In this document: piece by piece, positions 26,859 to 37,506 of the stretch
Layout of the letters: every line of letters starts with the position of its first letter
How positions within the stretch are numbered: the stretch's first letter is position 1
Source of the DNA: Dicyema japonicum
Taxonomy: Eukaryota; Animalia; Dicyemida
Assembly (NCBI GenBank): GCA_011109175.1
Contig: RDEW01000012.1
Coordinates: forward strand, 1,088,129 to 1,152,128
Reading direction: 5' to 3'
Length of the DNA stretch: 64,000 nucleotides
Notes under the pieces: generated by a model
What the model was told of the DNA's origin: nothing
What the model saw: only the letters and a program-made list of their open reading frames with translations
The model's database searches: none
Translations under genes and position numbers: made by a program

Positions 26859-28223
26859 ATCTAAACCATGTAATCCTTCTAGCTGAAAAGTTGTTTGTAC
26901 CACGTGCAGTTTACAAATCCTACAAGCCTAATCTGGACTTGGAGACTCGTCAAACAAAGAAACACCCTGAAGATGAATCATCTGCAAAACCTCTTCTGAT
27001 TTGCAAAATATAAAATCCTTAAATCAGAGAATTACAAAGCTCATCAGAGAAAAGAAAGATAGGGAACCCCCTATTATCATCTATTGGACATATGAAATCC
27101 ACGAGTCTTTTTATGGAAAACTATTCGTCGAATCAAGCTAAACTTATCAGATGAATCAGAATCTTTTTCTGCTCCAAATACTGTGCAAGCTAACAACCTA
27201 ATGAAATATTACTTATCCATAAGCCACAAGGACTTTTCGAAATCCCATTCTAGTCACCTTCGGAATTTAATGCCTGAACCAACTTCGTGGATCAATTTAT
27301 TTACACATGCCGAGGTCACACAGGCTATAAGATCGATGAAGAGATATTATACGTGTGGTCCTGACGGCATTCCGGGAATTTTGCTAAAACACCTTGGTAA
27401 TGTTGCAATCAATTCGATTACGTCAATTTTTTAATTTGTCTTCTAACATGAACGTCATCCCATGCAAATGGAAGAACTCACTTATAATACCCCTCCTAAA
27501 CCAGGAAAACCGAAAACCTTACTTTCTTCCTACCGTCCAATTTCATTAATGTGCACATTAATCGCGACTAATGGAGAAACTTGTACTCTGGAAAATTAAA
27601 CTCCATTTGCCAGACTGCCACTTTCAACATGGTTTCAAACATGAGCGTTCAACTACGACACATTTGACTTCACTGTCTCAATTTATATCAGAAGGGTTCA
27701 ACGTACCGAACCGCCATCTACTGACAATAGTGGTTTCCCTGGATATCCAGAAGGCGTTTGATTCTATCTCGAGAACATTACTCACGAATAAGGTTTTTGA
27801 CACCACCATTCAGACGGATTTGAAAAAATGGATAGCCAATTTTCTCTCCAGAAGAGAGGACGTGTCTGTATAGGCAACGCAAGATCGAGGTCCCGTTTCC
27901 TACCAAATGTCGTCCCTCAAGGATCGCCCCTCTCTCCGGCGTTATTCAACTTATTCCTGAACGATTTACTCTGCCCTGGAGGACCAGATTCAATGCTTCT
28001 TACTTATGCTGACGACCTAATCATTGCTAACAGGAACAAATACGTGGGTACAGCAAAATCAGAGCTTCAGTCACATATTGACGACCTGGGAGGCTGGTTG
28101 AAGTTGAATCGTCTCTCCATATCCAGGGATAAATCAACGTATACAATCTTTACCACGGACAGAAAAGAAAAACATACACTGGATTCGAACACTTATGGAG
28201 ACTCCTTACCACTACAGATTCGT
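26859..28223 (+). mobile_element. Inverted duplicate of the same LINE segment (right arm), truncated at 28223
   Basis: Reverse complement of 23450-24823 at roughly 94-95% identity (about 18 differences in a 330-nt block checked by eye). Confidence 0.92.
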
Positions 28224-29207
28224 AAAAACTTACCACTTTCGAGAATTGTATCACATTTAACTCACAGATAGAATCATCCGAGTATGTTCTGAACACCCAG
28301 ATGGGATTAGTCATAATGATTTCGAAGGTGTTGTTGGTCAAGACAAACTCACCGACTTTGTATTTGTTATAAACCAGCTCACCTCCGAAGTAGTCATTTA
28401 TTCTATTTTAGGAATTATTGATATCTCAATGACTGGGGGATCTATCCATTACCGACTCAGTAAGAAGGAGGCTCAATCTACATACGAAATCTCCAACACC
28501 GATCAATTGGTCCTAGATATGATCGCCGAAGCACAAGCCACGGGTTGCCTTGTATATAACCAAAGGCTTGACAACACGTGAAATCAAGAATCAGATAAGG
28601 GGTGCCCGCCCACGTGCTGTTCAGCAATCCCTCAAGACCCTAACTGGGAATGGATCCGTGGTTGCCGCGTTTTCGACACAGGTTGCTGGGTTATGCTTAT
28701 AGTAGAAAAGAGAGCGAGTGTACATTCTAAAGGAGCATGAAGTTGAGCAGTCCAATCGGGGGAACATTTTCCGGAATAAAGAGGACGGTAAGGTGAACCA
28801 TCAGTTAGTGGACCTGGTCAAGAAGCTGTGTCTTGAATTTGCTGAGAATAAGTACAAGGAAGTGGTTGTGTTAGTTTGTGACTAAGAATGAGGAAAAAAT
28901 GGCTTCATTTTTCTCCCCCGAGGAGGTGGGACAGTGGATGAGGCAGGAGCACTCAGTGGATCTAACCACGGCTGAGGTTGTGAGGATTCTTGATAATCTA
29001 TTTTACTGTGATATGTTGAGAATTAATGGGGATCCGGGAGAACCCAATCTGAGGTATAGGTTTTTGAAGGAACGCTATAATGTGCGGCCGAGTATATGCC
29101 TTTACTGTGGCTGTGAGGTTGGGTTATTGTTATTGTAGGCGTGTAGGGGATCACTAATGATGCCAGTAAATGCATTCTGCATAAATTTTTTATGTCTTAT
29201 GATGTAA
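28224..29207 (+). CDS. POLR3F: RNA polymerase III subunit RPC6 (C34/RPC39) homolog with micro-introns; start codon not evident
   Basis: Spliced: RIIRVCSEHPDGISHNDF..INQLTSE/GIIDISMTGGSIHYRL..DQLVLDMIAEAQATGLTTREIK..RVYILKE..LCLEFAENK..SPEEV..ILDNLFYCD..CLYCGC, matching the winged-helix repeats and terminal Cys cluster of RPC6. Introns 28248-67, ~28390-411, 28544-65, 28682-705, 28862-86, 29118-38 (last acceptor ambiguous). Confidence 0.85.
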
Positions 29208-29299
29208 TTTGCTTTTCTTTTATGTTGTTTTTATTATTTGACTCTTTTTATGAGGGAATTGTAAGATGGGAGATACTTTATGATAACCAGTGATATACA

Positions 29300-30590
29300 T
29301 TGAGATAGGTTTCATCAGTTGTACTAGTCAAGGTGGGGTGTATAGTTTCCAACGGACTTTCAGAGTATACGTAGTTGAACCCCCGGGAAGATAAGGATTG
29401 CAGTCGGTTTTGGGATTCCTTAGTTAGGGAGATCCAGTGGCATTCGCGAGATCTTTAGTGCAGGAGGTGATCCGGTTTCTGAGCACTTTGTCTTGATTCA
29501 TGTCCTAATTTAATGACATTTTAATACTGGAACCCATAACACTCTCACTAGGACTCCATTACTGCTTTTGTTCTGATTTGATTATGACCCATTGATGAGT
29601 TATTGGCATATGTCCAGTCCTAGGCGCTGTGCCACCCCGATCCTTAGGCTGTTTTCGTAAAGGAGGGTCCCAGATATGGGCACGAAGAGCCTAGAACCAG
29701 ACTCCATTTCCGCGATACGAGGCCGATTTAATGCTTGCTAGTCGGTGTGATTGGCAAGCAACTCTTCTGGCAAGCATAGTTCGACTGAAATTCAAAGCCC
29801 AACTCTCCCCACAACTTGCTAACTCTATCAAGCTCCGAGTCCAAGGTATGTCCGATTGCGTTACATAAGACCTCTTGGACCAAGCGACTGCAGCTCGCAA
29901 GGGATGAAAAGTAGGAAGGCAATGGGGGATCTTAACGCAATGACCCCATTTCTCGCAGGTATTTGCACATTGTCCAGCTCAGATCATCGAATTTGACATT
30001 CAGTATTGACTCCGCCGATCGTCTCAGAGTCCCATCAGCCGACGATAGTGCTTTCCGGTGTTCAAAACATGGTGAACATTTAAAATTTACATCAACTTCG
30101 ACATGGAAATACATTTCTTGAGCAATAAGAACGACAATGTGGATAAAGATGATACTCTTTTTGTAAAGGCTTCAACTTCATTATCCTTACTGGTAGAGCA
30201 GTTTTCCAGCTCGTCGTTTCCGAGAGGGTAGCCGAGGATGTGTGCCTTGTCCAAGGAGGATGTGCTAAAACATGGAAGTTAGGATCTGATTTCTTGGCAG
30301 GCAGTAGAAATGCTTGGAGATGAGCAGGAAATATTGATCACTTTCGATTTCATAACATTGACACTTAAACCCAATTGGTTTAGAGCTGGAATGGTTGAAG
30401 AAATATCCTGATATACATACTTCAATTCAGTGGGAGTAAAAGCTGGGAAGTCTTCTAGCATTGTCAAGTTCCGCTGGTTCGGTGGTGGAGCAGGGTGCTT
30501 CGTTCTCAGTAACTCCAAGACTTCTCGGCACGACTTCAACAGTGATTCGTCACAAGACACTACTAATACAGCTGCGTGAACGTCCCCTTC
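29300..30590 (-). mobile_element. Second degraded CRE element with internal deletions
   Basis: EGDVHAAV..EVLELLRTKHP, LGLSVNVMKSKV, SILNVKFDDLSW, ESWALNFS, GNGVWF; 3' block tagtgca.gaggtgatccggtttc shared with copy 1 (1516 vs 29457). Confidence 0.8.
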
Positions 30591-32929
30591 TATGTTGATA
30601 TTACAATCAACAATATTAATAAAGTGACATAGCCAAAGAATATATTCATCTACAATCCCTCCAAATTGTTTGCTAAAATAACTAATAACTTCTTTTGATG
30701 CTAAGATGCTGACAAAAAAGCCTACATTCATGACTACTTCTGTTCCTTGAATAATCTTGGAAAACACAATTCTCTCTAGCAGATCGGTTCCGAGCGAATG
30801 TTGACCATTGGAGGCTCGTAAGAACTCGCCACTTCCTTCTTCCAATTACTTGCAGTTGACCCTATTTTGTATACATGTGATCAAAAAATAACATTTTCTG
30901 AATCCATTCAAAGGTTACATCCTTATTTTTATAAAACAATTTTATTGAAAACCTCAGTAAGATCTCTATAAAATCTACAACACACACGGCGTTGAAAGGA
31001 ATCTTTAGACGATCTATGGATGATGCCAAACACCCTTCTTTGGTCAAACCAGTCCTTTAATGGGGAAACATCCTATGGGATGACCATCTTCCCTTGAAGA
31101 GGCGAAACCTCTTGCTGGGATCGCCATCTTTCTCTTAATACCATATCAAAGTCCACTTTATTTATTTTAAAACCACAAGACCACCAAGAATAAAGAATTA
31201 ACTCAGTGAAAATTTTACTACATCACAAAAAATGATTTCCATTAATTTCGATTTATTTTCCGTTATCAAAAACAATTAGGTCTGACTTTCGATACTAACG
31301 TTCTGAACAAATGTGAAAAGAAATGCCTAACAGGTCTGTAAAAAATTGGACATCACTCTATACTTAAAACGCTATACTTAACATGTACATTAACCATGGC
31401 CATTTCGAAATCAGAAATCTCCGCAACTCAGAAAAAAGCCATCAAACTGACTGAAAGATTATATACAGGGAAATATCAAATCACCGACGCTTTAAGTTTG
31501 TCCTTCAAATTAGTTCGTCTACCAAAAAATCCTCAACTTCTTGGATCTCCACTGCTCGATGGTCTTTCAAATCAAAGTTTTTTAAATTCTTGGTAGGAGT
31601 GTTTTTTATAATGGTTTCAAGGATTTGAGTGAACGGAACAACAATAGTTAATTATTCAAAAGAAATTCTCAAAGATCATCTTTCTGAGGACTTCCCCGCT
31701 GAATTACATTCTGAACTACACATTAGTTACGATTTGGCAGATTCAAGTTAGTGTAAGACGGACCTTCAATGGGGTGCTGGAGCTCGTGGCGTAGATGTTG
31801 TGCGCATTTCATTCTCAAGTTGAACTTGGTGTGATTCAAGCTGGTCGCTGTGTACCTGTATGTTTGTGGAGAAGGATCTAGTTATGTTTGGTTTTGTTTT
31901 TGAGTATTTGATAAGGGTTACCCGAATTGGTGTTCTAGAAAGAGGGTATGGTTAGTTTTTATTAATTTTGTGTTTCGTTTTACTGTGTTCTTTATAGGAG
32001 GCAAGATAAACGTCTTTCTCTTCAGGAGTGTTTTGATCAATTTCGGAGTCTATCGAAAAAAGTTGCATAAACCCTTCTCGTCTAAATATTTTATTAGATA
32101 TCTCTATTTTGGTTTATTTTGCACTATTCGCAGTAAAATGAAGATGTTCCATATGAGTCTATAGTCCCATCATCGTTCTCAACTGTTTGAACATATTCCT
32201 TTTCATTATGAGAGTATTAGTGTGTGAGTAAAGCTAATAGCTTAAGTCCTTATATGATTAATTAGGATAATGCTTACGTCGTTCTGCATAAATCTGAGGA
32301 AAACCGTCCGTTCTTTAACACTTATCTAAGTCGATTTTTTCTGTAATCGTTTTTTGAAGTGAAATAATTCTTTTAGAGGCAAGAATATAGCTGTGTGATT
32401 CAGTTGCCCAACCAGGATATTAATTAAAACTTAATAAATTTGAAGTAATTAACACAATTTATATCCCTGAAAAATGAACGATTAAGTTAGTTAAATGTTA
32501 AATTTAACTCCGCAAGTTCCAAGTACATTATACTTGTTTTTATTGGCACTGCAGACTGAAATAACATTATTAATTACTTAATTCACATGTCTGTTTTTCT
32601 AAATATATTACTTTAACATATACAATATAATATCTTTGAAAATTGTAACTATTACTTCTTTATATCTATACTAAATATAATATCATACGCCTTAGGATTA
32701 TCGAATGAATCAGTGCAAACGATAACACTATATTATTATTATTAAAAATACTTTTATATAAACAATGTTGGAATAACTTTAAAAAGTTGAATAACACTTA
32801 TTCCTTGAGGAAAGATCTACATTAATTACAAAAAAACTACATTCGAAAGCATTGATAAATTTTCCGCAAATTCGATCGATATGAATTTGAGGGAATACAG
32901 TATTAAAATCTATAATTTAAAAAAATATG

Positions 32930-33570
32930 TAACATGTCCTTAATGGTAGGTGGAATGTTTTGTTGTCTACAGTTTTTAAACTTTCATCATAATAACACAT
33001 CGACTATGAATATTTAATAATAATTACAAGCATCTAACTTCATTCCCAATAATGAAAAGTTGACATCAGGTTCAAATTAATATTTTGAACAATTAATGCA
33101 CTACATAAAATCAGGTAGGCCAGTTATCGAATATGTACAATTAATCCAATATCTTAATAATTTATATTTAATACAGAGTTTTATATTATTAATTCGTTTT
33201 TGCATAAATTCTGTGATGTCAAAATATCGAATGACAAGTTTAACACGAAAAAGTGAACATCTATAAGATTAAATACCAAAATAATGAATATACGATAACC
33301 ACAAGAAATAAAAATTACTACATGAAATACAGTCGTCATAATTAATAATAATTTTATTAAATAAAGTGTTGGATTAAAAAATAAAATTAAAAAATAATTT
33401 AATTAAATTCACACAATTACATGGTTTTCCGATTTGTTTAATAATTTTACCATAAAATTTAATAAATTTGTCAAAAATGTCTAATAACTTTGCCTTAATG
33501 TTTAGTAACTTTATCAAAATTTAAAAATTGTGTCAAAAAGTTTAATACTTTTGAATAATGTTTAATTATA
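32930..33570. repeat. Dispersed AT-rich repeat, second copy about 43195-43700
   Basis: Colinear blocks gaatgttt.gttgt.tacag.ttttaaact, ttaaattcaca.aatt, tgtctaataactttgcc.taatgttt. Confidence 0.6.
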
Positions 33571-33639
33571 GGTCAATTTGCGCAAAAATAAAATTTTAAG
33601 TGAATCTGAAGAGAGGCTACGCACATTGACACTTCAGAA

Positions 33640-33775
33640 GTTGACTCACAATAACCAATTCTTTTGTTGTCTATCTGGAAGCTGCTCTTCGTAATCTGGG
33701 ATCTAAAAATTGTCCTATCTTTATCTAGGAACTAAGATATGCGGATGACCTGGATTTTGTTTTAGAAGAATGATG
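33640..33775 (+). mobile_element. RTE RT fragment
   Basis: FVVYLEAALRNL...ELRYADDLDFVL. Confidence 0.65.
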
Positions 33776-36398
33776 ATAGCTAATTCTTTATTAGACAAGA
33801 GTACTGCAGGGTAAATGAAATTATTTTTTTCAGACAAGAGTACTGCAAGGTAATTTAATTGGTCTAATTTTGGAGGATTAGACTTGAAATTTACACAAAG
33901 CAGTATGAAGTATTTAGCCTGAGTATGATAGGAGAATCTTTTGCCTTTTTAGAATCAAATAGATGATATAGTTCTAAGTAATGAATGACCAACATTCGCT
34001 CTCTCGAATTGATTTTATGTGAAATATTAAAAAATCGAATAAGGTAATCAATTAATGACAAAATAAATTTTGTGCGATTTTGGTTACATATTGATCTATC
34101 AGGACTAAAAGATTTTCAACCTCGATGATTTTTTACTTGAAAGTAAAAATAGGTCATATTTCTCCTTGACCGTAAAATTAGGTCAACCGTTAAAGTAATT
34201 TTAAATATACATTTGATGACTATAGATGCTATTAGTATCCTTAATATTATTCGCAACCAAATGTGGATGCCATTGGTTTATTCTGACATTACCACTTCTC
34301 TTATTTCTTGATCTGTGGACGATTAGGAGGATATTTTCTGAATGATCTAAATGACCGAATTAATCTGAAATCACATTAAGATATGTTTTTGAAAAAGAAA
34401 GAGTTCCTTGAGAGGAATATGATGCTAGGAGGTCGGCTTCAAGACGACTAGAAATTATTCAACAAATGGTTGGTTGAATGTATATCAATGTGGTAAAATT
34501 GGCAACGTTCTGACAAAGAAGCAGTGAGAATAGCTGCCTCGCTCCGTTTTGACCTTATTTTGTGTTAATGAAAATTCATTTGTGGACGCTGAATCGATGG
34601 TTATCATCCTTTAAGCTAATTTATGGCTGTCCCTGAGGTAACAACTTGACATTAAAAATGCACTTTTTCTGCTGGCCACAACTAGTTTCTTCCTTTGCGA
34701 TGGCAACGCCCCGAAGGGATAACGATATTCCCATTCGCTAATGGTTGAAACATTGCTTGGGGCGTTACACATGTTAAAATATACTAGTATCTCGTCGATA
34801 ATCCTTCCTTGAAGCCATGTTGGAATGTAGGTTGTGGGAGAAAGGGCGAATAACTTTTAGGACCAGTTTCTCCAGGATCCTCGACAAAACACATATAAGG
34901 GAAACTGGTCTGTAAGAGCCGGGATCGTTCTTCGGTCTTCCCTGCTTAAATATTGGTCGAATTTTTGATAGTTTCCATAAAGTCGGTATGGTATTTATGT
35001 TCAGCGATGTGTTGTAGATGTTTGTTAATGCATTTATTGATGCTGGGCCCAAGTGTTTCAGCAAAATAAGAGGAATTCCGTCTGGGCCACATGAGTTTGT
35101 TTTTTTCTGATTTGATATTGCTTTGGATACATCTTTAGGGAGAAAATAAATCAGCAGGGCAAATTTGGATGGCTTTCTCTTTATTTTCGTTTGTGTGTTA
35201 ATCTTTTTATAAGGAATGTGACTGATTCGAATACAATGTTTCATATATTTATTCAGATTGAGCTGGCATTGTTCTTTGTTATCTTCGTATTCTGGGATCT
35301 TCAGAACATCTTCCACATGTTGGAAATTGAGGTCTGATTATTCATGGCAGCAGAGATTCGAATGAGTTTCTTCCTTTGGGTGTTGTTTGTGCTTTTCGTG
35401 ATAAGAATGTTTAGTGACCTGATTCGATTAATAACCTCTCGTGAACGATGTATCATTCTCTTAAGGTTGTTTCTTTCCATAATTATTTTCCTTGTTTTTG
35501 AGTCGTATTTCAATTTTTCGTTTTTTATATATGCTTTTCTGATAAAAATATTTCTCCCGTCAATGATTGTTTTGTTGAAATAGTATACAGCTTTGTCTAT
35601 GGAGGAGAAATTTTCAGGTTGGAAATGTTGCAGTTTTGAATCAACGAAATTTGTAAAGCCAGTCCAATTTGCATTTTTGTAATCATAGAAATGAATAGGC
35701 TTCGGTACAAAGCGTGGCTCGCAGTTCAGCTTCATAAACATTGAATGGTGGTCGCTCCGGAGGTCATAACGGACCGTCCAATTAATGATCGGGGAAAGAC
35801 GAGGTGAGCAGACGGATAAGTCCGGAGATGTCACCATGTCCTTCGTGTTGTATGGTGTCCTAGTGTTCTTTTTCGGGTTGTTGATGATTATTAAGTTTTG
35901 CATTTGGGATAATAGCAGGTTTCCTCTGTTATCAGTGGCTTGGTAGCGGAACCAAGAAGGGTGCTTCGCATTCAGGTCTCCACATAAAAGCAAGTTCTCC
36001 AGTTTGTCCAAGGTGGATAGGTCAAAGGAGAAATTTTTCTTGCAGGAGCCAGGAGGAGAAACATAAACATTCGCAATTTCAATTTTTTCCAATGGAAGTT
36101 ATAACAGAGATTCCAATTATCTCCGTGTTCGAGTCTTCCATTAAGCTCTTGTAAAGAGAAGGGTTCTCGAGGTATTTTATTCCTTTTCTCACAAGAGTCA
36201 GTAGACCCCCTCCTTGGAAGATGGGCGGTCGGATCTTACTGTGTTGTATCTGTTAAAGAGAGGAGTAGGAATGTTATTTGAAAGTTTCGTTTCCTGGAGA
36301 AGGCAGATGTCCACTCTGTTCCTCTCCAAGAATAAGGAAAGTTCGGCAATCTTTCCTCTGATCCCGTTTATGTTTAAGCTTTGGATTGTTAACTTCTT

Positions 36399-36437
36399 TG
36401 GGCCTGGGTTTTGTTCCACGTCTCCTGAGGTCAACAG
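36399..36437 (-). other. 2A-like StopGo (ribosome-skipping) motif LLTSGDVEQNPG/P
   Basis: Exact D(V/I)ExNPGP consensus immediately upstream of the APE domain. Confidence 0.85.
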
Positions 36438-36511
36438 TCTCAATCGATAGAATGTTCCAACAGTGAGAGAATGCCGTCCAGTGGGAAGTCCTCTGGTTGA
36501 TAGAAAGCAAA

Positions 36512-36578
36512 TGGTTCTTTTTAGATATAGTTTAGGACTATATCCGACGCCACCAGAAACGGTGAACCACATGACGCA
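36512..36578 (-). ncRNA. Candidate HDV-like ribozyme at LINE 5' end
   Basis: Order P1-5'(GCGTCA), P2-5'(TGGTTC), P3 (ACC/GGT), P1-3'(TGGCGT), GG, P4 (ATATAG/CTATAT), J4/2 CTAAAA, P2-3'(GAACCA). Confidence 0.6.
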
Positions 36579-37218
36579 CGCTCAGTAGTCTTCGCATACA
36601 TGAATTGAATGAAGTGCCGTTGAGTGGGAACTCCTCTCGATGGTTGTTGACTGATGGCACCTTTTAGATATAATTTAGAAGTATATATGGCGCCACCATA
36701 TACGTCGAACCAGACCGCACATTGAATTTATTATTAATAATAATATTAAAATTAAAAAATATTATATATTAATTTAAATATCAGATTTTTAGTTTTGAAT
36801 GATTCTTAGTAACGAATTCTTGCATAACTTTTATCAATGCTGTGCTGTGAAATACTCTGACGAACCATGGAGAAGACAATAGAAGATCGGGTCGTTCCTG
36901 GGAGATCCAGAAAATGTGACATGCAGAAAACTCTGATCACTGGGGGCGTATAAAAGTTTTTACTAATTTGGCAGGCAAAAAGAAATTGTTGACAAAGTTA
37001 AATTAAATATATACAACTCATTCGTACTACCAATACTAACATAAATATGTGGATCCTGGGTGCTCTCAAATCAGGAAACCCAGATTCTAGACAGCTTCCA
37101 TAGATCCCAGATCTGTGCAGCACAAAATGATATCCGATGAAGATCAAGAACTCAGATCTAAAACCGTAGCAACTCTCAAGAACTATCGCTGGATATCTTA
37201 AAATCAAGAGGAGCCTTT

Positions 37219-37437
37219 TTGGCTATATCCTACGAATGGAAATATATACTAAAATATTGCATTGGAAACATACGTCGTGCAAAGCGGAGGAGCATTCCGT
37301 CTATTTTGAATCATGAACTGAAGCTTGAAAACGCAGAAGACCATGACAACTTAATAGAAAAAGCAAGAATCAGAGCTACTTGGAAGAGGATTATTAACGA
37401 AATTGTTATGAACGTGGCACAAAGGAAGCTTAATTAA
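37219..37437 (+). mobile_element. RTE-type C-terminal fragment
   Basis: IPSILNHELKLENAEDHDNLIEKARIRATWKRIINEIV parallels the C-terminus of the 39499 element (LPEVLNGDL..DL..L..LASDRRGWERLIKRIV). Confidence 0.6.
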
Positions 37438-37506
37438 CATTTAAACTTCTTGGAGTGCATATAATCTTAGCCGAGTGAAGTCATGTGTTGATGTGGCTAC
37501 TTCGTG

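Larger units (their letters stand above)
34765..36720 (-). mobile_element. Ingi/Vingi-like LINE 5' half: duplicated 5' signature, 2A peptide, APE endonuclease, start of RT
   Basis: 36198-36572 (GDVEQNPGP, SLNINGI, CLLQETK), 35301-36092 (NVYVSPP, GDLNAKHPSW, PDLS, SDHH), 34774-35316 (GPDGIP..LKHLG, YRPVSLICVLSRILEK). Confidence 0.9.

Noticed and set aside
30279-30845. 188-aa ORF as a novel host-CRE fusion gene
   Set aside because: The 3' half is an internally deleted CRE fragment and the 5' half is unrecognised; no evidence of function.
31780-31850. tRNA-like head (gctcgtggcgtagatg...gattcaagc)
   Set aside because: Only loose A/B-box resemblance; acceptor and T stems do not pair and no second copy was seen.
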